A stretch of 64,000 nucleotides of DNA from Macrostomum lignano. Its lineage: Eukaryota. The position numbers and the translations under genes are program-made. The DNA lies in contig NIVC01001809.1 in the NCBI GenBank assembly GCA_002269645.1, positions 62,001-126,000 of the forward strand, written 5' to 3'. The notes under the pieces were generated by a model. That model worked only from the letters and a program-made list of their open reading frames with translations, did not search any database and had not been told where the DNA came from. Numbering within the stretch: the first letter of the stretch is position 1; each line of letters begins with the position of its first letter. Positions 22,915 to 34,826 of the stretch are shown here, in pieces.

Positions 22915-25900
22915 ATGGACCAAAGCCACCATCAGCCACTCACCACCGACATCACACCAACTGCTCCATTTGCTGCAACCAATGGCACCTTACGCGGGAT
23001 CGCCCAAGCTACTCTAACTGCTGCATCAAATAATCGCCTTCAAGACGTCGGCTCCCTTGTACGACTAATCAATGACCAATCGAATAAAGACGACTGCTGC
23101 ATCAAAGCTGACAAAGAGGCTGCATCCCGTGGTCACTTTCACATCGTCCAGTTCCTCGTACCACTAATCAGTGACCAATCAAAAAAAGACAACTGCTGCA
23201 TCGACGCTGCCGAATATGCTGCAAACCATCGTCAATTTCAGATCGTACAGTTCCTCGTACCACAAATCTTTGACAAATCAAATAAAGAACACTGCCGCAT
23301 CTACACTGCCGATAATGCTGCAGACAATCGTCCCCTTGAAATCGTACAGTTCCTCGTACCACTAATCTTCGACCAATCAGATAAAGACGCCTGCTGCATC
23401 AAAGCTGCCAAAATTGCTGCAAAAAATGGTTACTTTCTAATCGTACAGTTCCTTATCTCGTGTCTCTCTAGTCCCCATCAGAGAGAAAATATCCGCTTCC
23501 AATGCGTACTCAAAGCTTGCTCTCGTCATCACGAAAAAGTCGTCGCCTCCCTCGGCCTCAAGCCCGACTGGCTCTTCCAATTCAGCACCATCTTCAACTT
23601 CACTGCTGCTATGGCCATCCAAGGCACCAACTCCGCTCTCGACTCCGCCCTCTCTCAAATGGAACCACATCAAATCACACACCTCCTCTGTCTCTCCATC
23701 TCTCAAAGACACGTCGCTCTTGCTGTCACGCTGATCAGTGATGAGCGAGTCAGCACACAGCATGTCGATCTGCCAGACAGCACTGGAGCCACTGCTCTCA
23801 TGCTGACAGCTGATGCAGGTCATCACGAGCTCATTGAGAAACTCATCGATCTCGGTGCGTCAGTGCGTGCTGAAGACAGTCAGGGTCGGACTGCTCTGTC
23901 ACGAGCGTGCGAAGCCGGTCACGTGCGAGCAGCCAAGGCTCTGATGGATAGAGGAGCCGATGCCAACCATCGAGACAATCATGGCCTCACCTGTGCGCAA
24001 CTCGCACAGAGTTTCGACCAGCGGCAGGTGCTCCGCCTGCTGAATCCCACCGAGTCAGTTATCAAATTAATTGCCATTCCACTTCCTATCACTTCACTTC
24101 CTCACCTCGCTTTCATTCACACATTCCAGAAAACAACAGCACACCCACACAACCGCTCAAAGCCGCTCAATGTGAGTCTCACTCTCCTTGGTCCACTCTG
24201 CAAATATGCGCTCTCACCTCTCCCACTCACCACGCTATCCTTCCAGAATCTCTGACAAAGAGCTGCATCAACTGCTCAGCGATGCGGGATTCACCCAGCA
24301 GAGAGCAAAGTGTCAGCAAAACCTGGCTGACTGGCTACAAGAAGTCGCTCGAGTCCTCACACAGGATCGCAGGCAAATGACTGGCAGCTACGCAGAGGGC
24401 TGGGCCAACAGTCTGGTGCAAGTCAACGGCAGGACAGCTGCAGACTCCGACATTGACTGGACTGTGCTGCTTGCTGGGCAAATGTTCCATCTGGAAGGTG
24501 GCTGCGACAGAAAAGGTTCCTGCGGCTACGACACTCCGCTCAAGGTCAAGGAGGGCCACGCACAAGTGGCAGTCGGAGCAGGTCAGTGACGCTTCCCAAT
24601 CCACAATCCAAGCCCCTATCAACTTTGCTCCATATCATATTCGATACCTGAACTTCAGAGCTCACAAGTTCAACCTGAGTTTCAGACCCCGCTGAAATTC
24701 CTCTCAGCACTCATTTCGCTTTGAATAAAACTCTGCCAATCAACCAGTCAACTCAAGTCCCAGCAATTGCACTGCCTCACCACCTCCTTGCTTTCTCTTT
24801 CCCCTTAAAATAATTTTTCTCTTTCTCCGCCCATCATCAATTCCATAGCGGTGCGCCTGCATGCATTTCAACGAATACTTTGCTTCATTCACTGATTGCA
24901 GTAGTAGCACTCAACCAACAAATGAAACAGTTACAAACCAACCCATCTTGTTCACTCGCCACACTGCCACTCTCCGCTCACTGCGCTCTGCAGGCAGCCA
25001 ACCTGCAGTGGCAGCCACGGCGTGCGGTGTGCGGCCTGCACAGGACACATGCCATGCGATCGACTGCTGCAGCAGTTTCTGTGAGGACAGAATTGAAAAA
25101 CTGCTTCGAAACAATTCAGATCACGTCCACCTCGTTCGGGCGACCAGACCGAGCTCGACCAACGAGCTCAGAGTGAGCTTCAGCTTCCAAGAGAAACGGA
25201 TCATGAGACAGCTGAGCACAGTCCAGGGCCAGCTGTTCACATTCATCAAGTTCATCTTCAAGAGACACTTGCCGCTCACTCTGGACACACCTGGACTCAA
25301 GACCTACCATGCAAAGACTCTGCTCTTCTTCATGCTGGAGAGGCATGGAACAGATCCTGAAACTGAGGCTTGGCAGCCCCACAATCTGATCGCTCTGCTC
25401 AACGAGTCTCTCGACATGATGCTGAGCTTTATCGACTCGAGCAGCTCGCCCGATGAGTGCATGCCGCACTTCTTCATGCCCGACGCTCCGCTCTACTTCA
25501 AGAACGCTGGAATCGGCGGCGACTTCGACAACACCAAGGCGAGGGTTCGAGACCGACTTCGTGAGATGAGAAGCGACATCGGCGGAGTGGTCGAGCAGCT
25601 AAGGAGACTCGTGAGACCTCTGCAGTCAGAGAAGTTCTACTTTCACCCGTTCACTCTGCTTCCTCTGACAGCGCCGCCTGCTGTAACGAAGATCATGGAA
25701 GGAAGAGACAAGTTCGCAGACGTGTACAGTGTTGTGCACCAGTGTGTGAGCGGGCTGCAGTCGGAATCGAGCGACAGAGACACCCTGATGAGGCAGCTCA
25801 GTCTCCTGCATGAACTGCAGTGGTGCAAGTGCGCCGCCCTGTGCTTGATCGCCATGGCGCATTTGAAATTCGGAGAATCCGAGGAGGCTGAGAAACTCGC

Positions 25901-26516
25901 GATGGAGCTGCAGATACATCAGGTTGTGTCAGGGTTGAAGCAACAGGATATTCAATATAAATTGCCAGAAGACTCAGACTGGGCGTGGAGGTTCTCCCTC
26001 CCCTGCGACTCTCCGCCTCGCTTCCCATTCCTTCCCGAGTTCACGCAGACTCTGTTCACAGCCAGACTGTCGCAGCCTCTCTCCTCCCACCTGTACGTGA
26101 ACTTCCGCTGCCTGAGCTGGAGTCTCCAAGCTGAGCTGCTTCGCAATCGCGCACCTGCAATCGCATTCGATCATTGGATTGAACAGCTGCTTGGAGACCC
26201 GGACTTGGAGGAGCTGCTCACTCTGGCTCACTACAGCGACTGCCGCGAGCACGTGGAGCTCAGCCTGCAGCAGATGGAGATGATCGAGAAAGAGAGACGC
26301 GTCGCCATGGAGACGCAGGACGAGGAGAAGATCGGCTGGGTCAGGCAGAAGCTGGAGAGACTGAAGAAGCTGACTGAGGTGGGCTCGAATCCGGAACCGG
26401 GACTCGATGCAGCAGCTCACAGTGCAGTCCCATACGTTCCTGATTTAGAAGACTCACAACAAACTGCCAGATCATGTTTTTGCCATTGCCTAAGCTGCTT
26501 CAAAAGAAACAGGTAA
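22915..26516 (+). CDS. Ankyrin-repeat cGAS-like receptor (ANK + Mab-21/cGLR nucleotidyltransferase); exons 22915-24053, 24130-24171, 24247-24581, 24994-26516; ~1012 aa
   Basis: GT-AG junctions are phase-compatible (2,2,1) and total 3039 nt in one open frame. Exon 1 has 33-aa ANK repeats and GATALMLTADAGHHELIEKLIDLGA / GRTALSRACEAGH. Exon 3 has TGSYAEGW...DSDIDWTVL (GS..EG and DxD). Exon 4 has QDTCHAIDC (third acidic residue), HVHLV, LRVSFSFQE and LKTYHAKTLLFF. An AG at 22909-22910 may indicate an extra upstream exon. Confidence 0.85.
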
Positions 26517-27095
26517 AATTTTTATTGTGAATTTTTTTGTTAAATTGAGCAGACAGCTTCAAGCTATGCACTTTCACCCTTTTAGCAGAGTGAGAAAAAG
26601 TAATTTTAGTAATTCATGTTTTTTGTCAAATAAAAATGTTCATGTTTTTGGTTTTTTCTAGATTTACTTCAATGTATGTTTTCTCGCTTTTATACTTCAT
26701 TTAGACTTAGCTCGTACTTAGCTCGTACAAGCTGACCATGCGGGTTTTCGCGATATGCTGTTACGAGCTAAGTGAAGACAAAAATTGAGTCTATGGCCAT
26801 AAAGAGTTGGATTTTAGCTACATTGTAATTATACTTTTACCCAGACGCAATAACAAAATATTTTAACCATTATTCCACAGTTTTGATGTGTATCATAGAC
26901 ATTTGAATTGAAAAAATCCATCGCACCGTATTTTGTTAATAAATACATAACAGCAAGGAGTAAATTATGAGCAAAAAAAGGAAAAAATCATTAAAACTAA
27001 AGTACCAGCTACACGAAAAGAGTTCATAATAAATGTCACAGCTAGTGCAGTTCATTAGTTTGTAGTCGAAATTTGACAATGTGAAAATCTATTTG

Positions 27096-27492
27096 TCACT
27101 CAAAGTGAAACATGCAGTTCTTAAAGCCGCAGTTCCCAAAGCTAAAAAGATGCTCGAAACTTTAGCCTGATGATTTGGCACTGCAAAAGGAGTTGGTCTA
27201 TTTTGAATGTTTTCTATAAAAGAGAAATACAGGTGCTCAAGTATAGTTGCCGAACTTACCATTTGAAAGAAGCACGTCTTGGTTGGCTTGCGACTGATAA
27301 GCTTCGTCTGATGGGCTTCTTTGGTACCGCAGTACGAGCTATCCAAGTTGAGATTATTTGGGACTGTCGGCTGCTCGACTAAATCTATTGGCCGCTTTGA
27401 GGCATCGCTTATGGCCGTCGAGGCGTTGAAGACTGGGAGCTTACTTTGCGTTTTCTTCCTAGGTAGCGCTGCACGGTTCGTTCAGTCGTCGA
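27096..27492 (-). mobile_element. Degenerate C-terminal remnant of a divergent Crypton tyrosine recombinase
   Basis: Minus strand reads STTERTVQRYLGRKRK (27445-27492), compared with HQSESTVRRYLSRKRD in the intact YR. It ends FGNCGFKNCMFHFE* compared with FTDCHFSGCTFNLNG*. Confidence 0.7.
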
Positions 27493-28058
27493 CAGGAAGA
27501 TTTTTCCAATAACGAGCTAATAAGCGCGGCTGTTTGACGAGATGCCCCAGCCATAGTTGTTTGACAACACAAATAGCTTTTTCCCTCACTACTCGCTTTT
27601 TTATTTCTTACAAGACGCAAGCGAAACCAGGACTCATCACAGTGTGTCTATGGTCAAAATAAGACACAACTCAGTGGACTATGGGTAAAATAACTCTTAA
27701 AACAGCCAATTGAAGCATGATAAAAAAGTGTGGAATACAGCGACACAAGTGTGGAATAATGACTGCGCGCTGAGTGAAAGTATAAGTACAATGCACTTGT
27801 ATAGTATGCAACTTCGTTGAATAATGGCAAAAACACGAGTACGCGTAGCGCACGAGTGTCTATGGTCATTATTCAACTCAGTTGCATACTATACAATCTA
27901 CCAGTGATGATGCTTGGTCAGCTACGCTGACAAGCGGATTTGAATATGTTAAATATCTTGCTTCCCACTTCCCACCCTAAGAATGGTTCATTGGCTCAAT
28001 CAGCTTGGAAAACGCTATCTAAAGTCTGCCGTTGAAGAAACACACGACGGTCTTCTGA

Positions 28059-31000
28059 ATGTCGGTTGTTCAAAACAAGGAGCAGCCGCCATCGACTGCA
28101 TCCCAGGCAGATCAGACTCAGGCTAGTCATGGATGTTTCGAACAGTTCAAGCAGTTACTTCTGCTGCTGCTCAAGCTCAAGGCGTGGCGCCTCGCGGCAA
28201 TTTGTGTGCCCATTGCGTTAGCGGCATCAGCTTTGTACGTCATGCCCAAGATAGCCAAGACATTGCAGCGTGGTGGCTTCGGCACTAGCAGAGATGGCAG
28301 CGACCATCTCCTGTTCTACGGCGGCTCCGACTTGGCGGCATCGAAGGCCAAGGTTCTGGTCGACCGCTCCAGCTTCCCCGCTGAGGCAGCTGCCGCTACA
28401 AGCATCGTGAAGAACGAAGGCGGAAATTCCAATTGGATCGAGGAGTGCGCGTCAGAGACCGACTGCAGAGAGCGGCTCGTGTTTAATGAGAATGATGACG
28501 CAATCGTTGCGCTGATCCGCTACTCGAAAACACCTGACAAGTCGCGAAGTGTATTGGAATGCCCCAAACTCAAAGGACCCAAGGTCGACATCAGATGCGC
28601 TTTTCTGTATAAAGTAATGGTTCTGTCAATGCAGAAAACGCTGGGCGCCGAGACTTTTAAAGAGATGCAAATCTACGAGCTGTTTGACAAGCGCTCTAAC
28701 AATAGCAGCAAGGTCGAGCGCTACGACAATAAAAATACGAAATCCTGGCCAAACTCGGCTTGCGCGAACTGGATCAAAACGGGCCTCTTTGAGCAAATAG
28801 CGTCACAAAGCGTACCTGTCTCAGTCAGCCTGTCAGCGATCGGACTGAACTTCTACCTGCTCATCTCCACTGTCTCCTGCATCCGCATGATCAAGAGCAA
28901 TGGCTTCCTGCAGCAGCTGTTTCGCAGCGGCCTGTCCGTGTCTGCCTATTGGCTGGTAATTTGGATCGTCACTGCGCTCGAGTGCCTCTTTTTCGCGGGC
29001 GTTTTCACAGCATCGAACGCGCTGAAGTGCTCAGGAGTTTTTCCGGCCTCCGTCATGGCCCGCCTCTTCATCTTCTTCACACTGTTTTGCCTCAACCTGG
29101 CTGCCTTCATGCTGCTGATGGAGCTGCTGCTGCCACCACAGATGCTCGTGTCCATAGTGACCATTGTGATGAGCATCGGAATTCTGGTAGCAAGTTTCAA
29201 CGCTACTATTCTCCAAAAATATGCGAAATTCTTATTGTACATTTTTTCGCCACTGTTCGCCTCCGAGTACATCATCAAGCTGTTCAACTCTGAGGTGAGG
29301 CGACAATTCTCAGTTGCTGAGCTGAAGAATGAAGACGACTCTGAGCGACTCTCCCAGATTCTGACCTGGACAGCGATTGGGCTGCTGCTGTTTGCTCTGC
29401 TGCTGACTTATCTGGACTTCGTCTTGAGCAGCGGCAATGGTCTTTGTCTATCACCGCACCACCCGTTCATGCCCGACTTCTGGTGCCCGAAAGGCCACAA
29501 GGACCGAAGCGACTCCGCACCGAGCGAAGGCCCAGAAGAGAAACTCGAGTCCCACATTGAGCCGGTGATGGAGCTGCCGCCCATCATTGCCGTCAAAGCC
29601 GTCACAAAGACTTACAGAAATTGCTGCCTGTGCTGTCAGGATGCCACTGCTGTGCTAAAGAATTTATCATGTGAGTCTCATGCTAGCTGATCATTTCATC
29701 TCGCTCACTGTATAAGCCCTTGTTTTTAGTCAGATAGTCTCAAGGTAAAGCACAATGTAGCTCGTACAGCACACTAGCGAGGAGTGATCCTACAATTTTA
29801 ATACCATTGTATAACAGTTACGATTTCTTGTTGGGAAGAAATAACCGAATAACCGCACTTTTTGCGGTTTAATGCTGCCAAAAAGCAAATTAACCCATAC
29901 CCAACGCATCGTCTTAGTACTCACCTGCTAGGCCTCAAAAGCTTCGAAATAATTGAATAGGTCACGCAATTATTAGTGCAACGACAGTGAATCACCTGTA
30001 AGCGTGCACCTTTAGGGTTTGACGTTTACGGTGGTTATTGGCCGTTGCTTTGTCCACTTGTACTCCTTGTGTACTATCTCTCTCTCTCTGTCGCGCCCCT
30101 CCCTCTTTAGCAAAAAAATCTTTAAAAAAATCATTTTTCTGCACAAAATTAACTGATACAGTTCTTGACACGTAGCTGTCTTTTCACCACCAAATGCAGG
30201 CACGATTTACCGAGGCCAGATCACGGCTCTCATCGGACACAACGGCGCTGGCAAGTCGACGCTCATCAAGGTCCTTACAGGCGAGGAGCTGCCAGACGAG
30301 GGAACAGCCCACATCGGTGGCTGTCTGGTGACGAACCCGCTGATCCGTCTGTCGCTCAGAGGTCGGATCGGCACCTGTCCGCAGTTCGACGCCCTCTGCG
30401 ACTCGCTCACCGTGATGGAGTGCATCCGAGTCACGCTCATCAGCAAGGCGGCCAGCGACACCAGCCATTTGGAGAGAGCTCGCGGAATGCTGCAGAGACT
30501 CGGTCTCGGAGACAAGGAGGATGTGCTGTCTTGCAACCTGAGCGGCGGTCAGAAGAGGAAGGTGAGCACGATCCTGGCTCTGATGGGCGACCCGGACGTT
30601 GTGTTTCTGGATGAGCCAACGAGCGGACTGGACCCGGTGTCGAGGCGGCAGCTGTGGCAGCTGCTGCAGGAGGAGAAGAGCGCCCGCTCCATCATCCTGT
30701 GCACGCAGTTCATGGACGAGGCGGACATCCTGGCAGACCGCAAGATCTTCCTGTGCGGCGGCAAGATCGTGTGCGTTGGGTCTTCGATGTTTCTGAAGCG
30801 AGCGTTCGGCTGCAGCTTCACGCTGAATGTGTCGCTGAAGTCCAAGTCAGGCGCGGAGTCGCTGCTGGCCAAGCTGAAGCAGGTCCGATTGAAGAGTCAG
30901 GATGACACCGAGCTGCAGCTGGAGGTTCCTGCTTTGAACTCGGATGTTTTGATCAAGGCGGTTCAGGTTCTGGAGACCAGCAAAGAAGTCGAGACATTCG

Positions 31001-33828
31001 GTCTGTCTCAGGCTTCTCTCGATGACATTTTCATGAGGCTGGGCGGGATGGACTCCGACGAAGTCATCAAGGCATTTCGAGCGGGCACTTTGAAACTTCC
31101 TCCACTTTCTGAATCAACCAATGTGGCAGTGGCTACAGCTGAGACAAAAGAGAGTTTGGATGAAGGGTTAAAGAGTTCAAAACAATTGAGAACGTCCATA
31201 TTCGTTCAGTTTTGCGCACTGTTTGCTACCAACCTCAAGCGGCAAGTGCGGGTCCGGTCAAACCTGGTGAGCAGATTTTTGGTGCCTGCCACCCTGTTTG
31301 CGCTAATGGTTGCTAGTGCCTTTACATTAAAAGGACCCAAGGAGAAAAGAACGACCGACCCAAAGGACCATCGGATGGACATTTTGATCCGTCCAGCAGC
31401 GCCTCGGATAGACAGTAATGGCTTAAATGAAATTCGGATCGCATGCGTCTCTGATGGAAGGGCGAACTCGATTTCCAAGAAGGACTGCAAAAGTCTAGTT
31501 ATTCCGTACGAGAGCAAGGCCATGGCTCCGCCACCAATTGTGATAACAAAGTCCCCGTCCCAAAGCATAAAAGACTTCATGTCTCAGAGGTCAACCAGAG
31601 ATCAACTTTATAACCATCAGAAAGATATGAAGACAGGGCGAATCCCGACATACGCTGTGTTCTACGCTTCACCCTGGCTCAAGAATGCGTCAAACAAGGA
31701 CCGGTCGGTCAGCATCGGGGTTATCGAGCTGGTCAGCAATCGAGCTATCGAGCCGGCGCTCATCTACAGTGACCATCAATCAACAGTGCACTTTCACAGA
31801 AGAGCGCTGGTCGAACTGTTGGCATATTTTGGAATGGCCGGATCCAAAAACACCACCGCTGTTGCTCTCCTCGAGCCGGCCAGCAGCACGACTGTAGTTA
31901 AAACCGGGCTGCAACTGCCAGTGTTTTACCTCGTGTTCTCAATGCTGTCAGTGTCATATCTGAGCGATCCGATCGAAGACATGAGCAGCCGAGTGCGCAG
32001 TTACCTGATAGCAACTGGCATGACCCACCTGGCCTACTGGGTCAACACATTCTTGATGCACTGGGTTCAGTACGCTATTTGCTACGTGATTGCTGTCGGG
32101 CTGCTAATGATTTCTGATACGTTCAGAGGGACTTATCTTGTTTTGGCTGCGTTCTTGCCAGTCTTTCTACTCGGAACCGTGTCCAACCTGCTGACAATCT
32201 ACACCATCGCTGTTCTCACAAAGACAAAAAACACCCTGGTCTCTACAGGCTGCATCCTAGCCGCCGTGTTTTTACCTGTCGCCATGATGCTAATTAACAG
32301 TTACTCCGTCATCATGAAAGTGCTAATCTGGACAGTTCCTCCAGCGGCTCCCCTTGGTCTGGTTGTCAGCTGCGCCCATTTTTATTTCTTAAAGCTTGCC
32401 TACTATCAAATCAAAGACGGCTCTGAGCTGCCTGGCATGATCGAAAGTCTGTGGACGAATTCTGGCATCTTCCACTCTCTTATAGCGATGCCGGTGCATA
32501 TCATTATCTTGTTGGGCATCATCTGTGCCGTGGAGAAAAGCGCCGCAATTAAAGAGGCCGTGTGCCACCGCGGAGCCCAGACCAAGCCTGGCCAGCTCGA
32601 TAGCGACATGGAAGACGGCGCAAAGAAAGAAGCAGAGCGGGTGCTGGCGGCTCCCAGGAGCTCCAATAACGTGCTGGAGGTTCGACAGCTGCAAAAGATT
32701 TACCCCAACAGAGTCCACGCTGTGCGAGGCGTCACCTTCGGAGCGATGGGCGGCGAGATCTTCGGTCTGCTGGGAGTGAACGGAGCCGGCAAGTCCACCT
32801 CCATGTCGGTGATTGTCGGCGAGGAGGCCGCGACGGAGGGCGTCTGCGAGGTCCGCGTGCAGGACGGCGCCTGGCTGTCCGGTCGGGAGGGATCCACAAT
32901 CGGCGCCATCGGCTACTGCCCGCAGCACAGCCCGCTGTTCAGCAGCATCACCGTGGCCGAGCACATCCGCTTTTACGCGGACATCCGCGGCCTGGACTCA
33001 ATCGAGGCGGAGCAACAGACGACCCGGCTGATGCAGAGCCTCGGCCTGTCGCAGCACAGCGACAAGCAGGCCGGCCAGCTGTCGGGCGGCAACAAGCGGC
33101 GTCTCTGCCTCGCCATCGCTCTGCTGGGCGACCCGGCGCTCATCGTCATCGACGAGGCCTCGACTGGCGTAGATCCCGAGAACAAGCGCTTCATCTGGGG
33201 CGCCATCCGCCGCATGGTGCACAAGCAGAGGTCGGTCATGGTCACGACTCACAGCATGGAGGAGGTCGGGGCTCTGTGCAGTCGGGTCGGCATCATGAAC
33301 AAGGGCAGGATGATCTCGGTGGGCACAGTGCAGAATCTGCTTAGCCGGTGAGTCTGATTGTCTACATGTATTCTGACTGCTATCATAAGTTGATTTTTTA
33401 CAGGATGCGTCAAACTCCTAGGTTATGACAGCTGATTTTTCTCCTTTATCCTCTCTTGTTTATATTTATGCTCTGCTTACCACAGCCACGGAGACGCGTA
33501 CACACTGGAGCTGCTGCTGGATCCGGAGACTGGGTCAGAAATAAAGCAAAAGAGACTCGTGATTAAAAATTCGGTGTCGGAGCAGTTCAAAGGAGCGCAG
33601 ACGCAGGACGATCTCGGCCTCGGCCTGGTCATGCAGTTCTCGGTGCCCAAGTCGTCAGTGCGCAGGCTGTCTGATGCGTTGAGGTGGCTGGCGGCCAACC
33701 AGAGCCGGCTGAAGGTGAGCTACTGGGCCCTCTACCAGATGTCGCTGGACCAGGTGTTCGTGAAGCTGGTCAAAACGTACGACCACTCGGGCCAGACACT
33801 TGGAGCGAATACTGGCAGCACGGCCTGA
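28059..33828 (+). CDS. ABC transporter subfamily A, copy 1 (intact); exons 28059-29670, 30200-33347, 33486-33828; 1700 aa
   Basis: Splicing restores KNLSC/TIYRGQITALIGHNGAGKST (Walker A1). Also present: LSGGQKRK, VFLDEPTSG, CTQFMDEADILADRK, GVNGAGKST, LSGGNKRRL, IVIDEASTG, TTHSMEE. Two TMD blocks; intron phases 1 and 2 are compatible; CDS is 5103 nt. Confidence 0.92.
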
Positions 33829-34826
33829 GGAATAAAGTCTCATCAGTGTAGAGGCTGGCTGCGGAACCACAAGCGTAACACTATTTGTCTGTACCCATGC
33901 CGCACAGACTAACTTCTCATTCCTCAATATAAATATAGTTATTTCTGTTTGGTTGCTAGAATAACTATATATAAATCGAGATACAGCGCCTCGATTGTTC
34001 CCTCAAAGATCTCGGTTACGACTTCGCATTGGTGCTGAATTTTGCTCTTGTCAGAACCGTCTTGTAGTAGCCAGGCCAGTTTGTTTCAAATTTTGGACAG
34101 CGCCGACTTGAACTTGGTCTTTTGTCGCCTCAGTAGAGCATTCAGCGGAGCAACATCGGGCTCTGGCGCTTGCTTCTGTTTTTTGTCGTCGCTCCTACTG
34201 ATCTGACAGACTATTGGACACGATGTACTGTGGCTTGAGTAATCACACTCTGCTACCAGATGGTTGCTAGAATAACTATAAGGAAATCGAGACACTTAGC
34301 TATAAGCGATGAAAGCGAAAAGAGTATATTTGAGCGAGATACTTTAGGTCGGTATTTAAAGGTGAATGAGCGTACAATACGATTGAGCGCAATGTGGGGT
34401 GGGGCGATCAATAAATTTGGGTACGATCAATCATACGGTCAATCATTAGATAAATATGTTAGCCTAATTGAGCGTACAGTTAATGATTGCAACGGACAAG
34501 TACGAGCGTACAATAAATACTGCGAAACAGTGGCAGCTCCAGAACACTGTTATAGTCTGCCACAAGTGAAAATTTTTCTTTCTATTCGTATGACTGTGCA
34601 AGTCAACGATTTTACTGGCAACATTTCTAATACAATATACACGAACGTTAATGTTTCTGGAACTCCTGTTAAAAATATGAAACGCTCTTAAAAGTTTTAA
34701 TGCAAGTTCTGTGGTAAAGTTGCGCGTCTGAGGAAAAGTAGAATTAAGAAGGCCTATATTAGTAGCAGTTAGCACAGCACCAAAAGGCCCAAAACAAGGC
34801 TGATAGCAACACTGTTAAAACATAGT

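Noticed and set aside
24861-24993. ATG at 24861 as start of a stand-alone 551-aa Mab-21 gene
   Set aside because: This stretch is intronic; the acceptor at 24993 links in phase to the DxD exon, which the 551-aa ORF lacks.
28946-33252. Numerous antisense and alternate-frame ORFs inside ABCA exons (and in cGLR and YR genes)
   Set aside because: Shadow ORFs of GC-rich coding sequence.
28059-33351. Treating the 543-aa and 1007-aa ORFs as two genes (half transporter plus partner)
   Set aside because: Phase-compatible splice sites rebuild a continuous Walker A region, giving one full ABCA.
34260-34691. 143-aa ORF downstream of ABCA
   Set aside because: No motif recognised; truncated to 126 aa by an indel in copies 2 and 3; AT-rich non-coding character.
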